Assembly (NCBI GenBank): GCA_963674945.2
Contig: CAXXWQ010000004.1
Span: forward strand, 2,144,001 to 2,208,000
Source of the DNA: an uncultured Desulfosarcina sp.
GTDB taxonomy: Bacteria > Desulfobacterota > Desulfobacteria > Desulfobacterales > Desulfosarcinaceae
DNA length: 64,000 nt
Direction of reading: 5' to 3'
Shown: piece by piece, positions 1 to 10,479 of the stretch
Position numbering within the stretch: position 1 is the stretch's first letter
Layout of the letters: every line of letters begins with the position of its first letter
Made by a program: the position numbers and the translations under genes
The notes under the pieces: model-generated
What the model was told of the DNA's origin: nothing
The model's input: only the letters and a program-made list of their open reading frames with translations
The model's database searches: none

Positions 1-457
<457 letters not shown>

Positions 458-929
458 CTATTACCTCATTTTATTCCGAATCATGACAAATCATATTAAA
501 TACAATTTAATATAAAACGCATTTTTTTATTTTTTTTCTCCATATCAAGTAATAATGCGCTATCCAATCCTTTTTTTGAAAAAGGTTGCGGAGATTGGAA
601 ATGACCCCCAATGCAATTACCGCCACCGGCAATCAACATTGCATTATTTTCAATGGGATGCTCCCATATGAGCAACGATTCTGAAGTCCGGTATACCAAT
701 CATGAATTTGACATGTTGCCTGTCGTTTACAAGACCGTGGATGACGAATGCGGGTACCCTATGGCAAGCTGATTTTAGGTTGACAGATTGGCATTTTTTG
801 TATACTGATTTTTCCTTGTTTATTTACCTATCGCTGAAAATCTTAGTCAATTATCCTCAGCATTAAATCGGGATTAATTGATTTTAATTGCAGGCAGTTG
901 ATTAGTGTAAACCTATAGGGAGGCGAAAA

Positions 930-1691
930 TTGGCAAGTTATATGATCGAATCAAACAAAAGAAAAAGCAAATGGCCTGCTAGGCTCGATTTGGCCCAAAG
1001 CGGGACTGGCCTTCTTCTCGGCTTGTTCATGTGGGCGCACATGTTTTTGGTCGCCAGCATACTTTTAGGGGAAAGGTCTTTTAATTTCGTGGCAAAAATG
1101 ATGGAGCTTTCATTTTTGACCGATACTCCTCACGGTTATCCTGCTGCCGTTGCTCTCGCCGTTGCTACAGTATTAGTCCTCTTTTTCGTTCATGCAATGC
1201 TTGGCACCAGAAAATTCCCCATTTCTTGGAAACAACACAGGATATTCAGAGACCAAATGCAGATGATGAATCATACCGATACAAATTTCTGGTATATTCA
1301 GGCCATCACAGGGTTCATCATGTTTTTTGCCGGATCAGCCCATCTGTTTACCATGCTAACCAACCCGGGAGGGATCGGACCGTATATGTCGGCGGACAGA
1401 TTTGTCTCCGGGAATTGGTGGCCGATTTACTTCCTTTTGTTAATTTGCGTTGAACTTCACGCGACCATCGGCCTTTACAGACTTTGCATGAAATGGGGAT
1501 GGTTTATTGGAGACGATGCGAGACAATCGAGAAAAAAGCTAAAAAAACTCAAAACGGCGCTGACTGTCTTCTTCTTGGTGATTGGCTTTTCCGCATTTGC
1601 GGTGTTTGTGAAGATTGGCATCGATCACAAGGACAGAGCAGGGGAAAAATTCATACCCAATATAGAAGTCGAACTCAATGCCAACCAATAG
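930..1691 (+). CDS. frdC: Fumarate reductase/succinate dehydrogenase diheme cytochrome b subunit (Wolinella type)
   Basis: Multiple TM helices, PARLDLAQSGTGL, His heme ligands; GGAGG RBS, TTG start; first gene of frdCAB. Confidence 0.92.
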   Translation: MASYMIESNKRKSKWPARLDLAQSGTGLLLGLFMWAHMFLVASILLGERSFNFVAKMMELSFLTDTPHGYPAAVALAVATVLVLFFVHAMLGTRKFPISWKQHRIFRDQMQMMNHTDTNFWYIQAITGFIMFFAGSAHLFTMLTNPGGIGPYMSADRFVSGNWWPIYFLLLICVELHATIGLYRLCMKWGWFIGDDARQSRKKLKKLKTALTVFFLVIGFSAFAVFVKIGIDHKDRAGEKFIPNIEVELNANQ

Positions 1692-1745
1692 ACTGAAGAG
1701 CCACATTCAATTCAGACGTAATCATCAATAAGGAGAATATCCTAA

Positions 1746-3719
1746 ATGAGAGTTGTATATACTGATTCACTCGTAATAGGTGGCGGACTGGCAGGACTGA
1801 GAGTTGCCATCGCTTGCAAGCAACGGGGTTTCGATACGATCATCCTTTCTTTGATCCCTGCAAAAAGATCTCATTCAGCGGCAGCACAAGGTGGCATGCA
1901 GGCAAGCCTTGGCGCGTGTATCAAAGGCGATGGAGATGATGAAGATGTCCATTTTGGGGATACTGTAAAAGGAAGTGACTGGGGATGCGACCAGGACGTG
2001 GCAAGAATGTTTGTCAATACTTCACCCAAGGCAATCAGACAATTGTCTGCCTGGGGTGTTCCCTGGTCAAGGGTCAGGGCCGGCGACAGAACCGTTATTA
2101 TTAACGGCGAAAAAGTCACGATTACGGAAAAAGAAGAGGCTCACGGTTTAATCAACGCCAGAGACTTTGGCGGGACCAAAAAGTGGAGAACCTGTTATAC
2201 GTCCGATGGCACCGGTCATACGATGCTCTATGCCATGGACAATAAAGCGATCCAACTCGGTATACCAGTGCATGAAAGAAAAGAGGCCATTTCATTGATC
2301 CATGAAAATGGTGTCTGTTATGGTGCCGTCGTTCGGGACCTCATCACGGGGGAACTCATTGCTTATGTGGCAAAGGCCACCACGATTGCGACCGGAGGGT
2401 ATGGAAGGATCTATTCCGTTTCGACAAACGCCGTCATCTCCGAGGGTATCGGATGCGCAATCGCACTGGAGACCGGAGTGGCGCCCTTAGGTAACATGGA
2501 AGCCGTTCAATTTCACCCGACGGCAATTGTTCCGGTCGGTATTCTCACGACCGAGGGATGTCGTGGCGATGGTGGATTGCTTAAAGATAAAGACGGCTAT
2601 CGGTTTATGCCGGATTATGAACCTGGAAAGAAGGAACTAGCTTCGAGGGACGTCGTATCACGACGCATGACCGAACATATGAGAAAGGGTAAAGGTGTTC
2701 CCTCCCCTTATGGCGATCACCTTTGGCTGGACATCACACTGCTAGGCCGTGAACATATCGAGAAGAATTTAAGGGAAGTAAAAGAGATCTGCGAATATTT
2801 TCTCGGAATCGACCCTGTCAAAGAGTATATTCCTGTTCGGCCGACCCAACATTATTCAATGGGCGGGATCAGGACCAACGCCACAGGAGAAAGCCCGGCG
2901 TTGAAGGGACTTTTTGCAGCAGGAGAAACCGCCTGCTGGGATATGCACGGGTTTAACCGTCTTGGCGGTAACTCGGTCGCCGAGACAGTCGTTGCGGGAA
3001 TGATCGTCGGCGAATTCGTTGCCGATCGTTGCGCCTCTTCCGATTCCACAAACATAAGCACATCGACGATTGAACATTTTGTAAAAGAAGAAGAAAAGAA
3101 AATTTCCGATCTTCTCGCAAAAAGCAGCGGTGAGAATCCGTATGAGCTTAAGGCGAAGATGCAAGAAATCATGATGGATAAGGTCGGAATTTTTAGAAAT
3201 GGAGACGATCTGCAACAGGCCGTCGACGAATTAACGGTCCTGAATCAAAGGGCAAAGAATGTTGCCTTGAGAAATAAGATCAGGTCCTCCAATCCCGAAC
3301 TGGTGGAAGCCATCAGAGTTCCGAAGATGATAAAACTTGCTGCTTGTGTCGCCTATGGTGCTTTGCTACGGACCGAAAGCCGTGGCGCCCACGCCAGGGA
3401 AGATTTTCCTGAAAGAAATGACAGAGATTGGCTCAAACGCACATTGGCGACCTGGAAGGATGATTCCGCGGATCTTCCCGAAATTACATATGAAGATTTA
3501 GATATCATGAAAATGGAAATGCCTCCAGGATCCAGAGGATACGGTGTGGATAATACGATCCACCACCCGGATACGGAAAAGCGAATAAAAGAGATAGAAG
3601 AAATTAAAAAGGCGAATCCGGATGCGGATAGATTTAAACTGCAGCAGCTTTTGAATCCAATCAACCTTCCGGAAAAATTCATGGGCAAAAACGAACGCAT
3701 AGGCAGAGGGTTTGAATAA
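1746..3719 (+). CDS. frdA: Fumarate reductase flavoprotein subunit
   Basis: GGGLAG FAD motif, [31 protein letters not shown]. Confidence 0.96.
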   Translation: MRVVYTDSLVIGGGLAGLRVAIACKQRGFDTIILSLIPAKRSHSAAAQGGMQASLGACIKGDGDDEDVHFGDTVKGSDWGCDQDVARMFVNTSPKAIRQLSAWGVPWSRVRAGDRTVIINGEKVTITEKEEAHGLINARDFGGTKKWRTCYTSDGTGHTMLYAMDNKAIQLGIPVHERKEAISLIHENGVCYGAVVRDLITGELIAYVAKATTIATGGYGRIYSVSTNAVISEGIGCAIALETGVAPLGNMEAVQFHPTAIVPVGILTTEGCRGDGGLLKDKDGYRFMPDYEPGKKELASRDVVSRRMTEHMRKGKGVPSPYGDHLWLDITLLGREHIEKNLREVKEICEYFLGIDPVKEYIPVRPTQHYSMGGIRTNATGESPALKGLFAAGETACWDMHGFNRLGGNSVAETVVAGMIVGEFVADRCASSDSTNISTSTIEHFVKEEEKKISDLLAKSSGENPYELKAKMQEIMMDKVGIFRNGDDLQQAVDELTVLNQRAKNVALRNKIRSSNPELVEAIRVPKMIKLAACVAYGALLRTESRGAHAREDFPERNDRDWLKRTLATWKDDSADLPEITYEDLDIMKMEMPPGSRGYGVDNTIHHPDTEKRIKEIEEIKKANPDADRFKLQQLLNPINLPEKFMGKNERIGRGFE

Positions 3720-4450
3720 TGAGTAAAAAAGAGCGGACCTTAAAATTCCATATATTCCGATACAATCCCCAGATAAAAGGTGATAAGCCGAGAATGGTTA
3801 CCTATAAGGTGACCGAAGCTCCTGGCATGACGGTATTCATCGCATTGAATAAAATTCGGGAAGAGCGGGATCCATCCCTGCAATTCGATTTTGTCTGCAG
3901 GGCGGGCATATGTGGATCTTGTGCCATGGTAATCAACGGGCACCCGGATCTTGCCTGTAGAACGCTTACCTCGAAATTTAAAAAACCGGAGATCAAACTG
4001 CTGCCGCTACCCGGTTTTGAACTTATCGGTGACCTCTCGGTAAACACGGGTAAATTTATGCGCGCCATGTCCGAAAGAGTAGAATCATGGATTCATGACA
4101 AAATTGCCGACGAAGTCGACTTCAATCGACTGGAAGAACGGATGGATCCGGATGTTGCCGACGAAATTTATGAACTGGAACGATGCGTGGAATGCGGATG
4201 TTGCGTTTCCGCCTGCGCCACCAAGAGAATGAGGCCCGATTTCCTTTCGGCCGTGGGATTCATGAGGCTGGCCCGTTTTGCATTGGATCCCAGGGATAAA
4301 CGATCTGATGAAGAATTTTATGAAATTGTCGGTGATGATGACGGCGTCTTCGGTTGTATGACGCTTTTGGGATGCGAAGATTACTGCCCCAAAGATCTTC
4401 CGCATCAGGAACAAATCGCCTATCTTAGAAGGAAAATGGCATTTAACTAA
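3719..4450 (+). CDS. frdB: Fumarate reductase iron-sulfur subunit
   Basis: CRAGICGSC, CVECGCCVSAC, CMTLLGCEDYCP. Confidence 0.96.
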   Translation: MSKKERTLKFHIFRYNPQIKGDKPRMVTYKVTEAPGMTVFIALNKIREERDPSLQFDFVCRAGICGSCAMVINGHPDLACRTLTSKFKKPEIKLLPLPGFELIGDLSVNTGKFMRAMSERVESWIHDKIADEVDFNRLEERMDPDVADEIYELERCVECGCCVSACATKRMRPDFLSAVGFMRLARFALDPRDKRSDEEFYEIVGDDDGVFGCMTLLGCEDYCPKDLPHQEQIAYLRRKMAFN

Positions 4451-4612
4451 TGTCCATCCAAAGAATGGGAAATTTGTTATCGACTTCCCACTGAAAATCA
4501 GGTGGGATCAGAACACGCGCGAAAATTTACCACAGACACCTCTTGCTGCGAACAGGGTTGAAACTGTAAGGAATAGAATTATTCGCGCAACAAAGATGTC
4601 GGAAGAACCGGA
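4451..4612. repeat. Degenerate copy of palindromic MITE-like element
   Basis: Blocks tgtccatcca..ggaaatttg, cgcgcgaaaatttac and aattattcgcgcaacaaagat match the copies at 6134 and 50278; contains extra hairpin tcccactgaaaatcaggtggga; right end unclear. Confidence 0.55.
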
Positions 4613-4651
4613 CATGTCAAAACCGAAGTAACACGACAATACCGGAAAACG

Positions 4652-4697
4652 ACTCAGAGAAGAGGGAGACAGGCTTTCGCCGTTTCCCTCTCTCATT
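4652..4697. terminator. Hairpin between convergent frdB and nfnB
   Basis: agagggagacaggc-tttc-gccgtttccctct imperfect stem next to the nfnB stop. Confidence 0.5.
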
Positions 4698-6101
4698 TTA
4701 CCATCCCAAGGTTAAATAATCATGGACGGCGTTGGCCGCAATGCGCCCGGCCCCCATGGCCAGGATCACGGTGGCTGCCCCGGTGACGATATCACCACCG
4801 GCCCAGACTCCTTTCATGGTGGTCTTATTCGTCTTGGGATCGGTAACGATATAGCCCCATTTGTTCAATTTCAAATCGGGAGTGGACTGGGTAAGCAGGG
4901 GATTGGCCCCTGATCCCACGGCGACGATAACCAAATCGGTATCCAGTGTAAACTCCGATCCTTCGATGGCTATCGGCCGACGGCGGCCCGAATCGTCGGG
5001 TTCACCCAACGCCATCTTCAGGCATTCCATCCCGGTCAGGCGTCCGCTTTCATCGCCCAGGTAACGTGTGGGATTGGTCAGCAGATGAAATTCAATGCCC
5101 TCTTCTTCCGCATGGTGAATCTCGGCGCTCCGGGCCGGCATTTCTTCCCTGGAACGGCGATAGACGATGCGCACCCTGTCCGCCCCCAATCGCATGGCCG
5201 TTCGGGCGGAATCCATAGCCACGTTGCCGGCTCCCAGGACACAGACATCTTTTCCGACGAGGATGGGAGTGTCCACTTCGGGGAACTTGTAGGCCTTCAT
5301 CAGGTTGGCACGGGTCAGATATTCGTTGGCAGACAGAACGCCAATGAGGTTTTCACCGGGAATGTTCATAAACCGCGGCAGGCCGGCACCGAGTCCCAGA
5401 TAGACAGCATCGAAGCCCTGCTCGAACAACTCTTCCAGTGAAACCGTACGTCCCACAACCACATCGCACGCCACCTTGGCCCCCAGCCGTTCCAGAAAAT
5501 TGATCTCCTGGGCCACGATAGCCTTGGGCAGCCGAAATTCTGGGATTCCGTAGACCAACACACCGCCGGGTTTGTGAAAGGCTTCCATAATGGTGACCTC
5601 GTGGCCTTTGACGATCAGATCGCCGGCGACGGTCAGGCTGGAGGGGCCGGAACCCACCACGGCCACTTTCTTACCGGTGGGCGCGGCCTTAGGGGGCAGT
5701 TCACCGGTGCCGTTTTCGCGTTCGTAGTCGGCGCAAAAGCGTTCCAGATTACCGATGGCGACCGGCTCCCCCTTTTTGGCCAGCACACATTTGCCTTCAC
5801 ATTGGATCTCTTGGGGGCAAACCCGTCCGCAGACCGCCGGAAGTGCGTTGGTGGACCAGATATGGCGAATGGCGCCGGTCAGGTCTCCTTCGGTGATTAA
5901 ACGGATGAAGCCGGGAATATCGACTTCTACGGGGCAACCGGTGACACACCCAGGCTTTTTGCACTGGATACATCGAGCCGCTTCCTCCTGGGCCATCTGG
6001 ACAGTGTATCCCGTGGGCACTTCATCGAAATTTCGTTTACGGATATCAGGGGCCTGCTCGGGCATTGCCACGCGGCCCGGCTTGGCTTCTTTGTCAGCCA
6101 T
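4698..6101 (-). CDS. nfnB: NfnB (GltD-like large subunit of electron-bifurcating transhydrogenase)
   Basis: RCIQCKKPGCVTGCP, CGRVCPQEIQCE, GAGNVAMD, AGGDIVTGAATVILAMGAG; downstream of nfnA. Confidence 0.9.
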   Translation of the reverse strand: MADKEAKPGRVAMPEQAPDIRKRNFDEVPTGYTVQMAQEEAARCIQCKKPGCVTGCPVEVDIPGFIRLITEGDLTGAIRHIWSTNALPAVCGRVCPQEIQCEGKCVLAKKGEPVAIGNLERFCADYERENGTGELPPKAAPTGKKVAVVGSGPSSLTVAGDLIVKGHEVTIMEAFHKPGGVLVYGIPEFRLPKAIVAQEINFLERLGAKVACDVVVGRTVSLEELFEQGFDAVYLGLGAGLPRFMNIPGENLIGVLSANEYLTRANLMKAYKFPEVDTPILVGKDVCVLGAGNVAMDSARTAMRLGADRVRIVYRRSREEMPARSAEIHHAEEEGIEFHLLTNPTRYLGDESGRLTGMECLKMALGEPDDSGRRRPIAIEGSEFTLDTDLVIVAVGSGANPLLTQSTPDLKLNKWGYIVTDPKTNKTTMKGVWAGGDIVTGAATVILAMGAGRIAANAVHDYLTLGW

Positions 6102-6133
6102 CGTTCCCTCCTTCTCTCATGGTGCAGTCAACA

Positions 6134-6304
6134 TAGTGTCTATCCGGAAATAGGAAAATTTGTTCGAGATCGAGGCGCGCGAAAAATTTTACCCCTGGTG
6201 CCCGAAGGAAATGCCCTTGGGGTGCATATGGTTGATATTCCGAAGATAAAATTTTTCGCCCAACAAAGATATCGGGCAAATTGGCCATTTCTGGATGGGG
6301 ACTA
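6134..6304. mobile_element. Non-autonomous palindromic element (MITE/ERIC-like)
   Basis: Imperfect TIRs tagtgtctatccggaaat / atttctggatggggacta; highly similar to 50278-50420; lies between nfnA and nfnB. Confidence 0.8.
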
Positions 6305-6305
6305 T

Positions 6306-7136
6306 CTATTCGGCCAGACGGCAATAGTCATCATAACACTGCTTCTCTTCTTCACAATAGGCGCGGAGGCGCAGGTTCAGCTCATCGAAATTGACCAGAT
6401 GGCCGTCGAATTCGGGCCCGTCCACACAGGCGAACTTGGTTTCGCCACCCACGGAGACACGACAGCCGCCACACATTCCGGTGCCGTCGATCATAATGGG
6501 ATTGAGGCTGACCAGGGTGGGCACCGCCTTTTCTTTGGTCAGGGCGCACACCGCTTTCATCATGGGCACCGGACCAATGGCAACGGCCTGCTGGATGTCG
6601 TTCTTTTCCAGAACCTCCTTGACGATATCGGTAACGAAGCCGTGATGTCCGTAGGAGCCGTCGTCCGTGCAAATGCGTAGATCATTGGAGGCGGCCTTCA
6701 TTCGATCTTCCAGAATCAGCAGCTCTTTGTTCCGTGCACCGATGACACAGGTCACGTTGTTGCCGGCTGCCTTCATTGCCCGTGTGATGGGGTGCAAAAC
6801 GGCCACACCGGTGCCGCCGCCAACGCAGAGCACATTGCCGACGTTCTCGATATGCGTGGGCTTGCCCAAGGGGCCAATCACATCCTGGTATCCCTGGCCG
6901 GTCTGCAGACTTTTGAAAAGTGCCGTGGATTTTCCCACTACCATGTAAATGATGGTGATGGTGCCCTTCTTGGTATCTGTCTCTGCCATGGTCAACGGAA
7001 TGCGTTCGCCGTTTTCGTTGGCTTTGAGAATAACAAATTGTCCGGGTTTGGCCTTGGCAGCGATCAGTGGCGCCTCGATTTCATTCAGAACGACCGTGCC
7101 TTGCGCCATCTCCTCTCGTTTGACGATGGTAAACAT
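6306..7136 (-). CDS. nfnA: NfnA (sulfide/dihydroorotate dehydrogenase-like FAD/NAD-binding 2Fe-2S subunit)
   Basis: PGQFVIL, ERIPLT, GGGTG, DGTGMCGGCR...CVDGPEF. Confidence 0.92.
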   Translation of the reverse strand: MFTIVKREEMAQGTVVLNEIEAPLIAAKAKPGQFVILKANENGERIPLTMAETDTKKGTITIIYMVVGKSTALFKSLQTGQGYQDVIGPLGKPTHIENVGNVLCVGGGTGVAVLHPITRAMKAAGNNVTCVIGARNKELLILEDRMKAASNDLRICTDDGSYGHHGFVTDIVKEVLEKNDIQQAVAIGPVPMMKAVCALTKEKAVPTLVSLNPIMIDGTGMCGGCRVSVGGETKFACVDGPEFDGHLVNFDELNLRLRAYCEEEKQCYDDYCRLAE

Positions 7137-7407
7137 ACGCTTTCCTCCTAGAACTTTTATTTACAAAGCCCCATTTCCAACAACAGTGATTGCAAAAAAA
7201 TGGAAAAAAGGCACCTTATCCACATCTTATTCCTATTTCAAGGCTAAATCTTTATCCAGGTGGAGGATATCGCACGGACGCAAACCCGCTTACGCTGATT
7301 TATAATGGATCGTCGGGCCGGAATATCAGAGTCAACCTGCTGCTCGGAGTCAAGCAATCCGCCATAGGTAGGGAAATGGTAATAAGAACGATCGTCCTCT
7401 GGAGGCA

Positions 7408-7436
7408 AGAATAGTGGCCAGGAACTTGTGTGTCAA
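7408..7436 (-). promoter_or_regulatory. sigma70-type promoter for nfnAB
   Basis: TTGACA-17 nt-TATTCT on minus strand. Confidence 0.55.
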
Positions 7437-7645
7437 TAGTCAATAAAAATACAGCATGTTGGATAGTATGCAATTTGGCAGGCATCTGCTCCGAATAGGT
7501 TTTGGTGACCGCATTGTTGCGCATGCCGAATGATTTGTTGCAATCGTGACAGTCTGGAACGACAAACTCGTTCCCGAATATTAAAGTAAACAGTGCAACC
7601 GGCAGATAAATAAATAATCGTATTCATTTTTAGCGAGGAAACCCC

Positions 7646-8656
7646 ATGAAGATCAAATGTTCCGGTTGTCCCAAAGTATTGGTTATCCCGGATGAACGTA
7701 TCCCAAAGGACAAGGTCATCGTATTTCCCTGCCCTGATTGCGCAACCAAGATTAAAATTGACCTCAGGGAGAAGGCCGCTGAAACAGATCGGAATTCACC
7801 TGAAAAAGAGCACCTCACCGGCGATGCCCTGAAAAAGCAGATTCTTGCCACTGTCGATGACCTGCCTCCCATGCCCCAGACCGTCATCAAAGCCAGAGAG
7901 ATCATGGATGACCCCCAGGCAGGGTTCAAGGAACTGGCCGAACTCTTCGAAGCCGACCAGGCCATTGCTGCAAAGATTCTGAAACTGGCCAATTCCCCTT
8001 ATTACGGTATTGCCGGCGGTGTCTCCTCTATCCAGAAAGCCTCTGTGGTACTGGGCCAGAAAACCCTTAGAGACTTGATCACCCTAGGTGGTGTTTCCGG
8101 TTTGTTGGGCAACCAGTTGGTCGGCTATGGCCTGGATGTCGGCGACCTTTGGAAGCACAGTCTGGCTGCAGCCTTCGGAGCCCGGTTCATCGCCCAAAAA
8201 GTCGATGTGTCGCTGGACAACGATGCCTTTACCGCCGGATTGCTGCACGATTGCGGCAAACTCATATTGGACAAATACATCGCCGAACGGTGGCAGCAAT
8301 TCGAAGATGCCATGGCCGACGGGAACACATCGTTTCTGGAGGCGGAAAAAAAGGTTCTGGATCTCGATCACCCTGAAATCGCATCGGAAGTATGCAAGGC
8401 GTGGAAAATTCCAAAAGCTATCAGTCATGCAATCCGGTATCACCACCACCCCTCCCAATCCAAAGAGAACAAGGTGGCCTACATCGTTCATGCCGCTGAC
8501 GCCGTTGCCCTCATGTCCGGTTTCGGGCTTGGAATTGACGGTACCCGTTATAAGATGGAAGAAGGAACAATGCAGTTTCTGGGTTTCACAGATGACGACC
8601 TGGGAGACATTATGGGGTACGTGCTGAGCGCTGCCAAAAAGATCATTGAAGAATAA
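7646..8656 (+). CDS. Zinc-ribbon + HDOD domain signalling protein
   Basis: N-terminal CSGC..CPDC; LPPMP, ILKLANSPYYG, LWKHS, GLLHDCGK, YHHHP. Confidence 0.88.
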   Translation: MKIKCSGCPKVLVIPDERIPKDKVIVFPCPDCATKIKIDLREKAAETDRNSPEKEHLTGDALKKQILATVDDLPPMPQTVIKAREIMDDPQAGFKELAELFEADQAIAAKILKLANSPYYGIAGGVSSIQKASVVLGQKTLRDLITLGGVSGLLGNQLVGYGLDVGDLWKHSLAAAFGARFIAQKVDVSLDNDAFTAGLLHDCGKLILDKYIAERWQQFEDAMADGNTSFLEAEKKVLDLDHPEIASEVCKAWKIPKAISHAIRYHHHPSQSKENKVAYIVHAADAVALMSGFGLGIDGTRYKMEEGTMQFLGFTDDDLGDIMGYVLSAAKKIIEE

Positions 8657-8701
8657 GACATAAGATCATTACGCAGTATATGACTTATTAAGGACCACAC
8701 C

Positions 8702-10354
8702 ATGGCAGACATCAAAGACCAGGATCTACTCGATGAGATCCGTTTTGATATAAAAGTAAAAGACCGTAAAAAGGCCGAACTCGTTCTGTCGGCACTCAGG
8801 TTCGTAAAACGGGACACCCAAAAAAAAGCACTGTTCGAGCTGAGCCGGGCCGATGCGGAATTTTCAATCGTCCTCTTTGCAGGGCTCTTTGTGAACGCAC
8901 CGGATATCGCCAACGCGTTCCCCCAGCTCAAAGAGACCATGTACGGCAAAATCATCAGCCGACCGGATGTGCTCCGGGAGCTGTTGCGAAAAGAGGCGAA
9001 CTTGGAAATCAGAACGTTCCTGGTCCAGACGGTCGGTGAGATTCAGCTCAAAGACGCTGTGCCTTCATTGTTGGACCTTCTCAACAACGACTCCGATTCG
9101 TCCATTGTGTGGGCCACCATTGTGTCTCTGGGTATGCTCGGTGAACCAAACGCCGTTTCATCCATCGCCCCGTTTCTGGGGCACGCCGATCCGACCTTAT
9201 CCTATGCCGCCATAGATGCCCTGGGTCAAATCGATACACCCGAAGCTGTCCAAAAAATCGCGAACTGCCTGGGCAACGACCCGGAGCTGGATCAGAAAAT
9301 CATCGATATTTTATCGAGATCCCGGACATCCGAGGCCATCGAGGCGCTAAACGACACCATCTCCTCGGAACACGCCCACATCCGTACCACCGGAAAAGAA
9401 AAGCTTGGGGCCATTGGCGTTACCAGTGTTCGCGTATTGCTTAAAAACTTGGACAAACCGGACCCTGATCTGGTCATTCACTCCTTGAATGTCCTGGGAG
9501 ATATCGGAGATGAGGCTGCGGTGACCGCCATTCGCAACCTGCTGAACGATCAACCGGAGGATGCCAACATCCGATTTGCCGCTTATGAGGCCCTGGGAAG
9601 ACTTCCTTTGAAAAAAGGTGCCTATGCTCTCGCCGCGGGTCTGGAAGACCCGGTGGACAACGTGCGAACCGCCGCCGCCAAGGCCATCGACCGCAACTAC
9701 AACGCCCTGCTGGCAGGTGGTTTGCGCAATATGACAAAGACCGGAGACAAATCCGCCGCCACCGTAATCCTCACCATTATCAACGCCGAATGTGAGCGTA
9801 TCTTTATGGATCTTCTGGAAGAAGATTACTTCAAAACAGCCTCGCTTGCTTTCTTGCGCAAAAACGCCCATCCCGCTCTCCGCGCCTACTATGCCGCAAT
9901 TTTATCTGCAAACGGGCGTCAAGAGCTGGCCAAACAAGTGGCGCCCAAGAAGGGTGTTACGGCACGCACCGGATTGCGGGTCTATGCCGTGGATGACAGC
10001 AAAATGATACTCAATATCTACCGCACAGTTCTGCACAGCCTGGGTTGTGAAGCCATTACCTTCCAACTTCCGATGGAAGCCGTAGCCCAGGTAAAAGAGA
10101 ACCGTCCCGATGTAATCCTGACCGACCTGAACATGCCCGAAATAACGGGGATCGATCTGGCAGCAAAGGTCAGGGAATTCTTTTCCAAAGAGGAACTTCC
10201 CATTATCATGGTGACCACCCAGCAGGAGAGTCACGATTTGGAAAAGGCATCCAAGGCCGGCGTCAACGGGATTATACAAAAACCATTTACGGAATCCCAT
10301 ATCGGCGCAGCACTGAAAAAGTATGCCGGATACAAACCGCAAAAAGACAGCTGA
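8702..10354 (+). CDS. HEAT-repeat protein with C-terminal response-regulator receiver domain
   Basis: Repeated ALG..GD..AV HEAT units; VDDS, TDLNMP, VTT, KPF receiver motifs. Confidence 0.88.
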   Translation: MADIKDQDLLDEIRFDIKVKDRKKAELVLSALRFVKRDTQKKALFELSRADAEFSIVLFAGLFVNAPDIANAFPQLKETMYGKIISRPDVLRELLRKEANLEIRTFLVQTVGEIQLKDAVPSLLDLLNNDSDSSIVWATIVSLGMLGEPNAVSSIAPFLGHADPTLSYAAIDALGQIDTPEAVQKIANCLGNDPELDQKIIDILSRSRTSEAIEALNDTISSEHAHIRTTGKEKLGAIGVTSVRVLLKNLDKPDPDLVIHSLNVLGDIGDEAAVTAIRNLLNDQPEDANIRFAAYEALGRLPLKKGAYALAAGLEDPVDNVRTAAAKAIDRNYNALLAGGLRNMTKTGDKSAATVILTIINAECERIFMDLLEEDYFKTASLAFLRKNAHPALRAYYAAILSANGRQELAKQVAPKKGVTARTGLRVYAVDDSKMILNIYRTVLHSLGCEAITFQLPMEAVAQVKENRPDVILTDLNMPEITGIDLAAKVREFFSKEELPIIMVTTQQESHDLEKASKAGVNGIIQKPFTESHIGAALKKYAGYKPQKDS

Positions 10355-10420
10355 AGTTTGCCTGCATAGAAAAGATAGCACTATGGTAAAAAGAGAGGCG
10401 AAATCTGTTCATGTAAGGGA

Positions 10421-10451
10421 AACCCTCCTTATTGTTGTATTAGGAGGGTGT
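10421..10451. terminator. Hairpin between convergent genes
   Basis: accctcct...aggagggt inverted repeat. Confidence 0.5.
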
Positions 10452-10479
10452 TTGTAAGAGAAAATATTTGTTTTTCGCG

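Noticed and set aside
4698..6101. Glutamate synthase small subunit gltD
   Set aside because: No gltB nearby; pairing with the NfnA-type gene indicates NfnB
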